A stretch of 64,000 bases of DNA, taken from positions 5 through 64,004 of the forward strand of contig CAZWXO010000003.1 of NCBI GenBank assembly GCA_964637885.1, read 5' to 3'. Origin of the DNA: an uncultured bacterium. GTDB lineage: Bacteria > Bacillota > CAZWXO01. The translations under genes and the position numbers were made by a program. Positions 27,013-37,745 of the stretch are shown one piece after another. The number at the start of each line of letters is the position of its first letter. Position 1 is the stretch's first letter. The notes under the pieces were generated by a model that was not told the DNA's origin, ran no database searches, and saw nothing but the letters and a program-made list of their open reading frames with translations.

Positions 27013-28140
27013 ATGCGACGAATTGGATTAATTATCAATCCTTTGGCTGGCATCGGCGGCAGCGTCGGTTTGAAGGGGAGCGACGGAGCAGAAATTGTTT
27101 CCCAGGCGTTAGCGATGGGTGCTGTTGCGCAAGCAAGCGCAAGGGTCAGCCATTGTTTGCTTCGGTGTACCCGTTTGGCGCCCGAGTTGTGCTTTTCTAC
27201 CTTTGGCGGAGAAATGGGAGCCGACGTTTTGCAGGCGACTGAATTTGATTTTAAGACGGTCGGTCACCCAGTCAAAGCTGTGTCGACGGCTGAGGATACC
27301 AAAGCTGCTGCTGCGGCGCTGTTGCAGCAGCAGATTGAATTATTGATTTTTGCTGGAGGCGATGGCACTGCCAGGGATATCATGGATGTCGTCGGACAGA
27401 ATCTCCCGGTAATCGGGATTCCCTCCGGTGTAAAAATGCATTCGGCGGTTTACGCAACTACTCCGTCAGCCGCCGGTGACTTGCTAGTACGTTTTTTGCA
27501 GGCTGGCCAAGCATTGCCCTTACGGGAAGCCGAAGTCATGGATATCGACGAGGAGGCATTTCGCAGTAATCGATTGTCAGCCAGTCTGTACGGCTACATG
27601 CAGGTTCCGGTATATCGGAATTTGTTGCAAAGTGCGAAAGCCGGCAGTACAGCGGGAGAGCTAGCGGCCCTCGATTCACTAGCGGGCCAGATCGTTAAAA
27701 TGATGGAGCCGGATAAGTATTATTTTTTAGGGCCGGGCACGACTTTGCGCGCTGTTGCTCAGTGGCTGGGGGTTGAAAAAACTCTTTTAGGAGTGGATAT
27801 CGTTAGGGACGGACATTTGGTCTGTGCTGATGCCACCGAAAAAGATTTGTTGGCTGCCCTGGATACGGGTCCGGCTGTCGCTGTTGTGACAGTTATTGGC
27901 GGGCAAGGTCACGTCTTTGGTCGGGGTAATCAACAGCTGAGTCATCGGGTGCTCTGTCGGGTGGGGCAGGACAATATTATAGTCGCCGCAACGGAAAGCA
28001 AAATCCTATCCTTAGGAGGAAAGCCACTGACCGCCGATACAGGCGATCCCGCGATGGACGCCGCGCTCTCGGGCTATGTGCGGGTGCAAACCGCCCTTGG
28101 CCGCTCGTTGGTTTATCCTTTGGGCGAGGCATCTATTTAA
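27013..28140 (+). CDS. ATP-NAD kinase / diacylglycerol-kinase-catalytic-domain family protein.
   Basis: IINPLAGIGGSVGLKG and the FAGGDGTARD motif are typical of the NAD-kinase-like fold. Confidence 0.55.
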   Translation: MRRIGLIINPLAGIGGSVGLKGSDGAEIVSQALAMGAVAQASARVSHCLLRCTRLAPELCFSTFGGEMGADVLQATEFDFKTVGHPVKAVSTAEDTKAAAAALLQQQIELLIFAGGDGTARDIMDVVGQNLPVIGIPSGVKMHSAVYATTPSAAGDLLVRFLQAGQALPLREAEVMDIDEEAFRSNRLSASLYGYMQVPVYRNLLQSAKAGSTAGELAALDSLAGQIVKMMEPDKYYFLGPGTTLRAVAQWLGVEKTLLGVDIVRDGHLVCADATEKDLLAALDTGPAVAVVTVIGGQGHVFGRGNQQLSHRVLCRVGQDNIIVAATESKILSLGGKPLTADTGDPAMDAALSGYVRVQTALGRSLVYPLGEASI

Positions 28141-28678
28141 TGATGGCTGAAATGGTTTTAAAGCAAGGGTTGCGGGAGCTTTGCAGCAGTTCAAAGAGAA
28201 ACATTTCGCTGCTGCCGATACGACAACCCATGTGCGTCATGCTGGCAAGAGCTAGTTTGTAATCGCCTTTTGCTCTGCTGCCACAGGCATCGGCGGCCAG
28301 AAAAACTTGATAGTCGGCTGCGAGCAACTGTTGGACGGTTTGATGAACGCAGATGTGAGCTTCGATGCCGCAGACGATGATTTGCTTTTTTCCACTTTGG
28401 AATAGATGCTCCTGAAATGCGCATTCCGCCAAACACCCGAAAGATGTTTTTTCGAAGCGCGCATAGTCCCCGGCGGCTTTGATTAATACCGGGCTGGTGG
28501 GGCCAAGTCCCTTTGGGTACTGCTCAGTGATGATAACAGGAATCCCCAAACTGGCAATCCCGCCGGTTAGTTGCGTGGCTTTGTCGAGCAGACGGTTTTT
28601 GTTGGCCATGACCGACAATAGTTTCTCCTGAATATCAATAACCACCAAAAGACTTTCTTTGACTGAAAGTATATCCAT
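28133..28678 (-). CDS. Isochorismatase-family cysteine hydrolase.
   Basis: The LLVIDIQ ... IVCGIEAHICV catalytic Cys context is present. It is convergent with the upstream gene, overlapping by 8 nt. Confidence 0.8.
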   Translation of the reverse strand: MDILSVKESLLVVIDIQEKLLSVMANKNRLLDKATQLTGGIASLGIPVIITEQYPKGLGPTSPVLIKAAGDYARFEKTSFGCLAECAFQEHLFQSGKKQIIVCGIEAHICVHQTVQQLLAADYQVFLAADACGSRAKGDYKLALASMTHMGCRIGSSEMFLFELLQSSRNPCFKTISAIIK

Positions 28679-28764
28679 CTTAATCCTCTTTTCTCTTATT
28701 TTCTTCCCCTTATGATTTTAAGTTTTTTTTATCCCCGAGACAAGCGACTGCAGGAGGAAACTTA

Positions 28765-30291
28765 ATGCTAGCAAAAATAATGAGCTGTGCCTTGGAGGGT
28801 GTCGATGGATACCCGGTTCAGGTGGAAGTTAACGTTGCGGCGAACACAATGCCGGGATTTGAATTGGTTGGTTTGCCGGACATTTCTGTCAGGGAGGCTA
28901 AGGAAAGGGTGCGGGCTGCTGTCGGCAATTCCGGGTATAAGTTTCCGGCCCGACGGGTTACAGTTAATCTTGCTCCTGGAGATCGGCGCAAGGAAGGACC
29001 ACTCTATGATTTGCCGATGGCGATGGCCTTGATTTTAGCGGCTCTGGAGATCGATACACAATTCACAGAGTGTTATGTCTTTGGAGAATTAGGGCTTGAT
29101 GGCAGCGTCCGGCCGATTCGCGGTGTTTTGGCCCTGGTTTTGGCGGCACGTAATCATGGGGCCAAGATAGTGATGGTGCCGGAGGCAAATGCTGACGAAG
29201 CAGGCTTGGTTTCGGGGATCGAGATAATTCCGGTGAGCAGTCTAGCTGATAGCGTGGGTTTTCTGCTGGGGACAAATGAGATTCCACCGTATCAGCGACA
29301 GGCCTTAGCGGCAGGTTCGATAAATCAGCCAGATGAGTTGGATTTTTCCGAGGTGCGGGGTCAAGAACAAGCCAAGCGGGCAATTTTAATTGCTGCAGCC
29401 GGTTTTCACAATGTTTTGTTGATGGGACCGCCTGGTTCGGGAAAAACTATGCTGGCTAAACGCATTCCGACAGTGATGCCATTGCTGGGCGAAGACGAAC
29501 TCCTGGAAATTTCAAAAATATATAGCATCGCCGGGGAAATATCCCGTGGCGGGCTTATTCGTTCGCGTCCCTTTCGTTCGCCGCATCACAGCATCTCGCT
29601 GGCTGGAATGGTGGGAGGCGGCTCTAACCCCCGTCCTGGCGAGGTCAGCTTATCCCACAATGGTGTTTTGTTTTTAGACGAGCTGGCTGAGTATCGCCGC
29701 GATGTTTTGGAAGTGTTGCGGCAACCTCTGGAGGACCGTCACGTCACTATTTCAAGGGCAGCCGGGAGTCTGAGGTTTCCTGCGGACATAATGCTGGTGG
29801 CGGCGAGTAATCCTTGTCCTTGTGGATATTTAGGTGATAGTCGACAAAGCTGTCAGTGTACCCCCTTGATGGTCAGCCGGTACCGACGCAAATTTTCGGG
29901 ACCGGTGATGGATCGGATCGACATTCAACTAACTGTTCCGCGGACAGCCTACGAGGATTTAAATTCGTCTCGGTCGGCGCTCTCATCTGAGGAAATGCGC
30001 CGGCAGGTCGAGAGTGCTGTCGGGTTGCAAGATTTAAGATTTAAACGTTCTTTGTGCAACAGAAACGGGCGAATGAATAATCAGCAACTGAAAAAATATT
30101 GCGGCCTGTCACGGGAGAGTCAACAATTAATGGAAGCGGCTTTTAAGCAGATGAATCTTTCAGCGAGGGCTCATGACCGTATTTTAAAGGTGGCCAGGAC
30201 AATTGCAGATCTGGTAATGAGTGAAAATATCGAAGAAGAACATTTAGCGGAGGCAATTGGGTATCGGGCTCTGGATCGCTCGATTATTTAA
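28765..30291 (+). CDS. comM: YifB/ComM-family Mg-chelatase-like AAA+ ATPase.
   Basis: An N-terminal Lon-like domain is followed by MGPPGSGKTMLAKR (Walker A) and a C-terminal ChlI-like domain. Confidence 0.85.
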   Translation: MLAKIMSCALEGVDGYPVQVEVNVAANTMPGFELVGLPDISVREAKERVRAAVGNSGYKFPARRVTVNLAPGDRRKEGPLYDLPMAMALILAALEIDTQFTECYVFGELGLDGSVRPIRGVLALVLAARNHGAKIVMVPEANADEAGLVSGIEIIPVSSLADSVGFLLGTNEIPPYQRQALAAGSINQPDELDFSEVRGQEQAKRAILIAAAGFHNVLLMGPPGSGKTMLAKRIPTVMPLLGEDELLEISKIYSIAGEISRGGLIRSRPFRSPHHSISLAGMVGGGSNPRPGEVSLSHNGVLFLDELAEYRRDVLEVLRQPLEDRHVTISRAAGSLRFPADIMLVAASNPCPCGYLGDSRQSCQCTPLMVSRYRRKFSGPVMDRIDIQLTVPRTAYEDLNSSRSALSSEEMRRQVESAVGLQDLRFKRSLCNRNGRMNNQQLKKYCGLSRESQQLMEAAFKQMNLSARAHDRILKVARTIADLVMSENIEEEHLAEAIGYRALDRSII

Positions 30292-30311
30292 CTGACGATG
30301 GGAGAAAGACG

Positions 30312-31394
30312 ATGATATCTGATAAAGACGCTGCTGTTGGCCTTTCATATTTGGATTGTGTCGGACCTAAGAGTATGATGCGGATGGAATTTTTTTTTGG
30401 TTGCCTGTCTGAGGCATGGAGCGGTTCTCCGGCAGCACTTCGGGAGGCCTTAGGGGTCAAGCTAGGGGAAAAGGTTTACCAGCATTGCCGAAACTTTTCG
30501 CTGCAACAGGCCTACGAGGACATTTATAAGGCGGGAATTCGGGTCATTGAGCTAAACGAAGCGGATTACCCGGCCCGGATTCGCGCTATCTTTGATCCGC
30601 CACGCATTTTGTACCTTAAGGGGAAGGTGCCTTCAGAGGAGTTTTCAGTTGCTATCGGAATGGTCGGGGCCCGTAATTGCACAACTTATGGCCGGACTGT
30701 CGCATATAATTTGGCTAAAGAGCTGGGTGAAGCGGGTGTTTTGATTGTAAGTGGGCTTGCCCGGGGCATCGACACCGAGTCGCATAAGGGCGCTGTGGCA
30801 GGGGGGTCGACCACTTGGGCAGTGCTTGGTTGTGGGGTGGATATTTGCTATCCGGCGGAAAATAAGTTATTGTATGACCAAATTGCCTCAGCTGGTGCAA
30901 TCTGGTCGGAGTTTCCCCTGGGAAAACCGCCACTGCCTTTTAATTTTCCTCGGCGCAACCGGCTAATCAGCGGTTTGGTTGACGGAGTGGTCGTTGTGGA
31001 GGCGGCCGAGAAAAGCGGCACTTTGATTACGGTGGATTTTGCGCTGGAGCAAGGCCGGGATGTCTATGCAGTTCCAGGCAATATCACCAGCCCTGTCAGC
31101 AAGGGGACCAATCGTCTGTTGCAGCAGGGCGCCAAGCTGATGACCCGGGCCTCTGATATCTTGGAGGATTATGGGATGGCTTTTTCGATTGTTAAGCCGG
31201 GAGAGATGGCTGATTTGACAGAGATAGAGCGTAGCGTTGTCGATGGGGTGGTTGTGCAAAGTACGATTGATGATATAATTGCGACAACTGGTTTGCCAGC
31301 TGAAAGCGTCAGAGCGACTTTGGTCAGGCTAGAGTTGAAGGGTTTGTTGCGGATGGTGCCGGACGGGCATTACGTCAAAATAGCTAATATTTAG
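30312..31394 (+). CDS. dprA: DNA-processing protein A (Smf).
   Basis: GLARGIDTESHKGA and a Rossmann-like DprA core are present, and the gene sits immediately upstream of topA as in Bacillus. Confidence 0.85.
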   Translation: MISDKDAAVGLSYLDCVGPKSMMRMEFFFGCLSEAWSGSPAALREALGVKLGEKVYQHCRNFSLQQAYEDIYKAGIRVIELNEADYPARIRAIFDPPRILYLKGKVPSEEFSVAIGMVGARNCTTYGRTVAYNLAKELGEAGVLIVSGLARGIDTESHKGAVAGGSTTWAVLGCGVDICYPAENKLLYDQIASAGAIWSEFPLGKPPLPFNFPRRNRLISGLVDGVVVVEAAEKSGTLITVDFALEQGRDVYAVPGNITSPVSKGTNRLLQQGAKLMTRASDILEDYGMAFSIVKPGEMADLTEIERSVVDGVVVQSTIDDIIATTGLPAESVRATLVRLELKGLLRMVPDGHYVKIANI

Positions 31395-31409
31395 GATAGG
31401 AGAATAATC

Positions 31410-33539
31410 TTGACAAAAAACGTTGTTATTGTTGAGTCACCTGCCAAATCAAAAACAATTGGAAAATTTTTGGGCAAGAATTACGTGATTGTGGCCTCGA
31501 AAGGACATATTCGTGATCTTCCCAAGAGTCGTTTTGGTGTCGATACGGAGAATAACTTTGAACCAAAGTACATCGCTATTCGTGGAAAGGGCGATGTGAT
31601 TAAGGAGCTGCGTAAAACTGTCAAGGATGCGGATAAAATATTCCTCGCGACTGACCCTGACCGCGAAGGGGAAGCCATTTCCTGGCACATATCGCAGATG
31701 CTTAAAAGTAATCCGGAGAAAATTACCCGGGTCGAGTTTAATGAAATAACCAAACAGGCTGTCACTGACGCCATTAAAAACCCGCGACCGATCAATATGA
31801 ATCTTGTTGACGCACAGCAGGCCAGAAGAATTCTGGATCGTATTGTCGGATACAAGCTCAGCCCGTTGTTGTGGCGTAAAATCCGCAAGGGGCTTTCAGC
31901 CGGGAGAGTTCAATCAGCAGCCTTGCGTTTGATTTGCGATCGTGATGAAGCAATTCGTAATTTTGTCGAGGAAGAGTATTGGACTGTTTCGGTTGCGCTC
32001 CATAAGGATGGCAAAAAAGAAACCTTTGAGGCAAAATTGCTAAAATATGCCGGGAAAAAAGCGGAATTAAAAGATGAAAAATCGGCTGACAGTATTTTAG
32101 CTGATTGTAGTAAAAATGATTTTAAGGTGGAGCAGCTTAAATACAGCACAAAGATTCGCAATACTGCTCCGCCATTTATCACTAGCACATTGCAGCAAGA
32201 GGCTTCGAGGAAACTTAATTTTACGGCTAAGAAGACGATGTCGGTAGCGCAGCAGCTTTATGAAGGTTTAGCCGTCGGCAAGCATGGGACGATCGGTCTG
32301 ATTACGTATATGAGGACGGATTCGACCCGAATTTCGGAACTGGCAGCCGGAGAGGCGAAGGATTACATCGTCGGGAAGTATGGCGCGGAATACTATCCGG
32401 CAAAACCAAACAAGTATGCAACAAAAAAAGGGGCTCAGGATGCTCATGAAGCGATTCGGCCTTCCCTCGTCGTCATTGAACCAGGCGAAGCGGAAAAATT
32501 TCTGACGAAGGATCAGTTTCGTCTCTACAAATTGATTTGGGACCGCTATGTCGCCAGTCAAATGAAAGCAGCTGTTTTCGATACGGTTGCGGCGGATATT
32601 GTTTGCGGAAATTGTCTGTTCCGCGCCACCGGGAGCAAGGTGAAGTTTAAAGGTTTTACCATTTTGTATACAGAAGGCGCGGACGAGAAGGATGGAGAGG
32701 CGCAAAAGAAACTCCCTGTGCTGGAAGAGGGGGAGTTGCTGGTCCTGGCTGATGATGGCGTTGTCAAAAAGCAGCATTTCACTGAGCCTCCCCCGCTGTT
32801 CACCGAGGCGACTTTAGTTAAAACCTTGGAAGAGCAGGGGATAGGCCGCCCCAGTACATACGCACCTATCGTGGATACCTTGGTGCAGCGTGGCTATATC
32901 GTCAAGGCCCAAAAGCGCTTTGCATCAACTGATCTTGGTCAAATGGTCGTCAATATGCTGAAGGAATTTTTCCCGGAGATTATTGATATTACCTTTACTG
33001 CCCAGATGGAAGCGAAGCTGGATATGATCGAAGAGGGCAATCAAGTATGGACAAACGTCCTGGCGGAATTTTATGGTCCGTTTGAAACGAAAATGACTGT
33101 GGCGGAAGAAAAAATTCCCAAGCTTTCGTTGGAACCGGTGGTGACAGAAGAAATTTGTCCGAATTGCGGAAAAAATTTAATTATTCGCAGTGGCCGTTTT
33201 GGGGATTTTTTAGCCTGCCCAGGCTATCCGGAGTGCCGCTTCACAAAGCCGATAGTTAAAGAGGTGGCGGCTGAGTGCCCGATATGCAAGCGACGTATGG
33301 TTGAGAAGAAGAGTAAGCGCAAGAAAACTTTCTGGGGCTGCCAGAATTATCCCGACTGTAATTTTATTTTATGGGATCGCCCCCTTGAAGAGAACTGGAA
33401 GTGCACCCAATGCGATGATGGAATTCTCGTCCATAAATGGGGCCGCGGCAAAGAACAAGTGATTTGCAATAACGAAAATTGTCCTTCGCGCAAAAAGCCT
33501 GAAGGAAAAGAAAAGAGTCAAGAAAATGCCGGAGATTAA
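31410..33539 (+). CDS. topA: DNA topoisomerase I.
   Basis: The Toprim N-terminus VVIVESPAKSKTIGKFLG, the active-site Tyr region and C-terminal Zn-ribbon repeats (CPNCGKNL, CPICKRRM) are present. The start is TTG 31410 after RBS GGAGAATAA. Confidence 0.9.
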   Translation: MTKNVVIVESPAKSKTIGKFLGKNYVIVASKGHIRDLPKSRFGVDTENNFEPKYIAIRGKGDVIKELRKTVKDADKIFLATDPDREGEAISWHISQMLKSNPEKITRVEFNEITKQAVTDAIKNPRPINMNLVDAQQARRILDRIVGYKLSPLLWRKIRKGLSAGRVQSAALRLICDRDEAIRNFVEEEYWTVSVALHKDGKKETFEAKLLKYAGKKAELKDEKSADSILADCSKNDFKVEQLKYSTKIRNTAPPFITSTLQQEASRKLNFTAKKTMSVAQQLYEGLAVGKHGTIGLITYMRTDSTRISELAAGEAKDYIVGKYGAEYYPAKPNKYATKKGAQDAHEAIRPSLVVIEPGEAEKFLTKDQFRLYKLIWDRYVASQMKAAVFDTVAADIVCGNCLFRATGSKVKFKGFTILYTEGADEKDGEAQKKLPVLEEGELLVLADDGVVKKQHFTEPPPLFTEATLVKTLEEQGIGRPSTYAPIVDTLVQRGYIVKAQKRFASTDLGQMVVNMLKEFFPEIIDITFTAQMEAKLDMIEEGNQVWTNVLAEFYGPFETKMTVAEEKIPKLSLEPVVTEEICPNCGKNLIIRSGRFGDFLACPGYPECRFTKPIVKEVAAECPICKRRMVEKKSKRKKTFWGCQNYPDCNFILWDRPLEENWKCTQCDDGILVHKWGRGKEQVICNNENCPSRKKPEGKEKSQENAGD

Positions 33540-34830
33540 TGTTGTCGGGGCAGGTCTGGCTGGTTGCGAAGCAGCGTGGCAGCTAGCAAAGCGGGGTTGT
33601 AGTGTCAACCTATTTGAAATGCGGCCGGAGAAAATGACGCCAGCACACACCACTGGAGATTTTGCCGAACTGGTGTGTAGCAATTCTTTGCGCTCGGATC
33701 AGCTTGGCAACGCAGTCGGTGTTTTGAAAGAAGAGATGCGGATGTTGGATTCGCTGATTATGCATTGTGCCGACGCCTGTCGGGTTCCGGCCGGGAGTGC
33801 CTTGGCTGTTGACCGGGATTTATTCGCCAAAAAGGTGACTGAAATGGTTGCCGGACACCCCTTGATAAATGTGTGTCGCCAGGAGGTTGTTGATTTTTCC
33901 AGCGATGATTATTGGATTATTGCCAGTGGACCACTGACTTCCGAAGCCCTGACGCAGCGGCTTGCTGGCTTGCTTGGCGCCGAATATTTGCATTTTTATG
34001 ATGCCCTTGCTCCTATTGTCAGTTGTGACAGCATCGATATGGAGAATGCATTCTGGGGATCCCGCTACGGTAAGGGGGATGACGACTATCTCAATTGTCC
34101 GATGGATGAAGGGACGTACAATGCTTTTTGGCAGGAGCTGATCGCTGCTGAGAGGTTTGCATTGCGGGATTTTGAAAAACCAATCTACTTTGAGGGGTGC
34201 ATGCCTGTTGAAGAAATGGCCAGCCGCGGCAAGCAGACTTTGCTTTTTGGACCGCTTAAGCCTGTGGGGCTAGAAGACCCAGCTACTGGCAAGCGCTTCC
34301 ATGGTGTAGTGCAGCTGCGCAAAGAAAACCAAGCCTCGACGATGATGAATCTGGTTGGATTTCAGACGAGTCTTCTCCGCAAGGAACAGGAGCGGGTTTT
34401 TCGCATGATTCCAGCCTTGGCCCGAGCTGAGTTTTTGCGCTATGGAATGATTCATCGCAATACTTTTATCGATGCTCCTAAATTTCTCACCGAGACTTGG
34501 CAATTCAAGGATTCTCCCAAGATATTTATGGCGGGTCAGGTCGCGGGGGTCGAGGGTTATGTTGAGTCGGCGGCCTCAGGGATGATGGCAGGGATTCAGG
34601 GGGCAATGCTTGTGAGGAATCTGCCTCTGATTAAATTTCCGACCGAAACCGCGATGGGGGCCTTGGCGCGCCATATCTCGACGCCAAACAAAGACTTCCA
34701 GCCGATGAATATAAATTTTGGTTTATTTCCGGACCTTGATTGCCGTGTTAAAAGCAGTCGAGAGAAAAAAGAAATGCAAGCCAAAAGGGCAATTGAGAAT
34801 ATTCAGACAATTAAGAAAATAATCCTTTAA
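33526..34830 (+). CDS. trmFO: Methylenetetrahydrofolate--tRNA-(uracil-5-)-methyltransferase TrmFO (Gid).
   Basis: INVVGAGLAGCEAAWQLA is the FAD-binding N-terminus, and the length and synteny match TrmFO. Confidence 0.9.
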   Translation: MPEINVVGAGLAGCEAAWQLAKRGCSVNLFEMRPEKMTPAHTTGDFAELVCSNSLRSDQLGNAVGVLKEEMRMLDSLIMHCADACRVPAGSALAVDRDLFAKKVTEMVAGHPLINVCRQEVVDFSSDDYWIIASGPLTSEALTQRLAGLLGAEYLHFYDALAPIVSCDSIDMENAFWGSRYGKGDDDYLNCPMDEGTYNAFWQELIAAERFALRDFEKPIYFEGCMPVEEMASRGKQTLLFGPLKPVGLEDPATGKRFHGVVQLRKENQASTMMNLVGFQTSLLRKEQERVFRMIPALARAEFLRYGMIHRNTFIDAPKFLTETWQFKDSPKIFMAGQVAGVEGYVESAASGMMAGIQGAMLVRNLPLIKFPTETAMGALARHISTPNKDFQPMNINFGLFPDLDCRVKSSREKKEMQAKRAIENIQTIKKIIL

Positions 34831-34891
34831 ATCTATTGTTGTCCTAGAAGCTTTATGCTAACATACCCTTAGCCATCATAATTGACAGGAG

Positions 34892-35800
34892 GTGGGAAGG
34901 GTGGAGGCTGAAGTTTCTTTTTTTCGTTATTTAGAGGCAGAAAGGAATGCTTCAGTTCACACTGTGACCGCCTACCGCACGGATTTGCAGCAGTTCTTTG
35001 CTTGGGTAGCTTCGCGCCGCAGAGTCCTTAACCCGCAAGAAATCGATCCGCTGGATGTCAGGGCCTGGATGGGGCAATTACAGCGTGATGGCTATGCTCG
35101 GCGCAGTGTGGCGCGGAAGGTGGTTGCGGTACGCAGCTATTTTCGCTACCTCTGTCACGAAGGTGAGCTGGTCAGCAATCCGCTGGAGGCGGTGTCTTCA
35201 CCTAAGCTTGACAAAAAGCTGCCACGATTCTTAATGGAATCTGAAATTAATACGCTCCTGGATGCAGCGAACAAGAATACCCCGTTAGGGAAGCGTGATG
35301 CTGCCATTCTGGAGCTTTTGTATGCGACAGGCATGCGAGTCGGTGAGTTGGTCGGCCTTGACGTCGGAGACCTTAATTATATGGGTGAGTACGTCTTGGT
35401 GCACGGCAAGGGTCAAAAGGACCGGATCATTCCCCTGGGAGAGCCGGCGATCGCAGCGATTGAGGAATACTGTCGTTCGGCTCGCCTCGTTTTACTACAG
35501 CAACGTGGACAGGGCACTCCTGAGGCGGCGCTTTTTTTGAATCGTTTTGGCGGTCGATTGACGGCCCGGAGTGTGCGGCGCATGTTGGACGATGTAGTCA
35601 AGCGAGCGGCGCTGGGACGGCATGTCAGCCCCCATATGCTTCGGCATTCTTTTGCCACGCATTTACTAAATGCCGGGGCTGATCTGCGCAGCGTTCAGGA
35701 ATTGCTGGGACATGTGGAAATTTCGACGACGCAGATTTATACTCACGTATCTCACGAAAAAATGCGCCAGGTATATAATGATGCCCACCCTAGGGCTTAA
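34892..35800 (+). CDS. xerC: Tyrosine recombinase XerC (CodV).
   Basis: The R..HxxR..Y catalytic pattern is present ([18 protein letters not shown]). The start is GTG 34892 or GTG 34901 after AGGAGGTG. Confidence 0.85.
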   Translation: MGRVEAEVSFFRYLEAERNASVHTVTAYRTDLQQFFAWVASRRRVLNPQEIDPLDVRAWMGQLQRDGYARRSVARKVVAVRSYFRYLCHEGELVSNPLEAVSSPKLDKKLPRFLMESEINTLLDAANKNTPLGKRDAAILELLYATGMRVGELVGLDVGDLNYMGEYVLVHGKGQKDRIIPLGEPAIAAIEEYCRSARLVLLQQRGQGTPEAALFLNRFGGRLTARSVRRMLDDVVKRAALGRHVSPHMLRHSFATHLLNAGADLRSVQELLGHVEISTTQIYTHVSHEKMRQVYNDAHPRA

Positions 35801-35813
35801 GGAGGATTATCAA

Positions 35814-36350
35814 TTGGAAGCTACAACGATTGTTGCCGTTCGCAAAAACGGGCAGGCTGCTATGGCGGGCGACGGACAGGTGACTTTGGGTAACACGATT
35901 ATGAAGTCCAGTGCCAAGAAGGTCCGGCGACTCTACAAGGATCAAGTGGTGGCAGGTTTTGCCGGGTCGGTGGCCGATGCCTTTACTCTATTTGATAAGT
36001 TTGAATCGAAGCTGGAGGAATACAACGGTAATTTGGTGCGCTCTGCCGTGGAACTCGCCAAGGAATGGCGAACAAACAAAATATTACAGCGGCTTGAGGC
36101 GATGCTATTGGCGATGGACGCCGAACACACGCTTTTAATTTCGGGGAATGGTGAAGTAATCGAGCCGGACGATGAGGTAATTGCAATTGGATCGGGAGGT
36201 TCATATGCTATCGCGGCAGCCAAGGCGATGCACCGACACACAGAGATGACGGCGGCGGAAATAGCGGTGGAATCGATGCACATCGCAGCCTCAATTTGTA
36301 TCTACACTAACGATAATATTTCTCTAGAAGAATTAACAGGAGGCAAGTGA
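35814..36350 (+). CDS. hslV: ATP-dependent protease subunit HslV (ClpQ/CodW).
   Basis: [12 protein letters not shown]...GDGQVT...[13 protein letters not shown] is near-identical in pattern to B. subtilis CodW. The likely start is TTG 35814, 8 nt after GGAGG. The longest ORF (35670) begins inside xerC. Confidence 0.85.
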   Translation: MEATTIVAVRKNGQAAMAGDGQVTLGNTIMKSSAKKVRRLYKDQVVAGFAGSVADAFTLFDKFESKLEEYNGNLVRSAVELAKEWRTNKILQRLEAMLLAMDAEHTLLISGNGEVIEPDDEVIAIGSGGSYAIAAAKAMHRHTEMTAAEIAVESMHIAASICIYTNDNISLEELTGGK

Positions 36351-36351
36351 C

Positions 36352-37741
36352 GTGGAAGGATTAACACCAAGTCAGGTTGTTGCCGAGCTTGACAAGTATA
36401 TCATCGGGCAAAAACAAGCCAAAAAAGCCGTGGCGATTGCTCTCCGCAATCGGATTCGCCGCAAGATGCTGGATGAAACAATTCGGGATGAGGTCTTCCC
36501 CAAAAATATTTTGATGATCGGGCCGACAGGGGTGGGGAAGACGGAGATTGCCCGACGCTTGGCCAAGCTTGATAAGGCTCCGTTTCTCAAGATTGAAGCG
36601 ACCAAGTTTACCGAGGTTGGTTATGTCGGAAGAGACGTCGAGTCGATTGTCCGGGATTTAGTCGAGTCGGCTATTCGGGGCGTTCGTTTGGAAAAAGAGA
36701 CGGAAGTTGAGGAGCGGGCGTATCGGATGGCTGAGGAACGGGTCATCAGTCTATTGATCCGCGGTCCGAAAAAAATAGAAAAGCCGAGCAATCCTTTTGC
36801 CTCGCTTTTCGGTGGACAGGCCTCCGCACCGCCAGAAGACCATTCAGTCAAAGAAGAAAGCAGTGACGAGGGGGAGAAGAGAGAAAAGATGCTGCAGCTT
36901 CTCCGCGCGGGCAAACTGGATAACAATACGGTGGAAGTAGATATCGAGGAGAGCAGCAATCCCTTTATGGGCGCCTTTTTAGGGGCCAATGAGGAAATCG
37001 GGATGAATTTGAATGAAATGTTTGGCAGCATGATGCCTAAGAAGCATCGCCGCAAAAAAATAACAGTCAAGGATGCGATGAAGATTCTGGCTCACGAGGA
37101 AGCAGAGAAATTAATCGACATCGATGCCGTGCAGAGTGAAGCTCTGGAGCGGGTTGAGCAAACGGGCATCGTCTTTCTTGATGAGATTGATAAAATTGCC
37201 AGCCGAGGCGATATGCACGGACCGGATGTTTCCCGGGAGGGAGTGCAGCGGGACATATTGCCGCTGATCGAGGGCTCGACTGTCAATACCAAGTATGGGC
37301 CGGTCAAGACAGATCATGTTTTATTTATCGCCGCCGGAGCTTTTCACGTATCCAAGCCATCGGACCTGATTCCTGAGCTGCAGGGCAGATTTCCGATTCG
37401 CGTCCATCTGGAGAGCTTAGGTAGTAAAGAATTTAAAATGATTCTGACGCAGCCCAAAAATGCTCTGATCAAACAGTATTCCGCGCTTTTAGAAACAGAG
37501 GGCGTGGAGCTGGAGTTTACCGAGGATGCGATTGATGCCATTGCTGATTATGCCGATAAAGTAGGAGACGGAAAATATCGGAGCGCGACGGCTGCACACA
37601 ATTTTAGAGAAATTGCTGGAGGATCTTTCCTTTAGTGCTCCGGACATGGGGATGGGCCGAGTTGTAATCAACGAGGCATATGTGCGGGAGCAATTGGGAG
37701 ATATTATTTCGGACAACGATTTGAGCCGGTATATCCTCTAG
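36352..37741 (+). pseudogene. hslU: hslU (clpY/codX) disrupted by a frameshift near 37564. The in-frame product stops at 37635 (427 aa), and the conserved C-terminal 58 aa are encoded in the +1 frame up to TAG 37739-37741.
   Basis: In frame the sequence reads ...[27 protein letters not shown]. In the +1 frame from 37565 it reads [58 protein letters not shown], which is the canonical HslU C-terminus. A 1-nt insertion or 2-nt deletion sits in gtaGgagacg. Confidence 0.6.
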
Positions 37742-37745
37742 GCAG

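Noticed and set aside
34892-35800. xerC as a marker of an integrated mobile element
   Set aside because: It lies in the conserved housekeeping xerC-hslVU-codY synteny with no flanking phage or transposon genes or att-like repeats. It is the chromosomal dimer-resolution recombinase.
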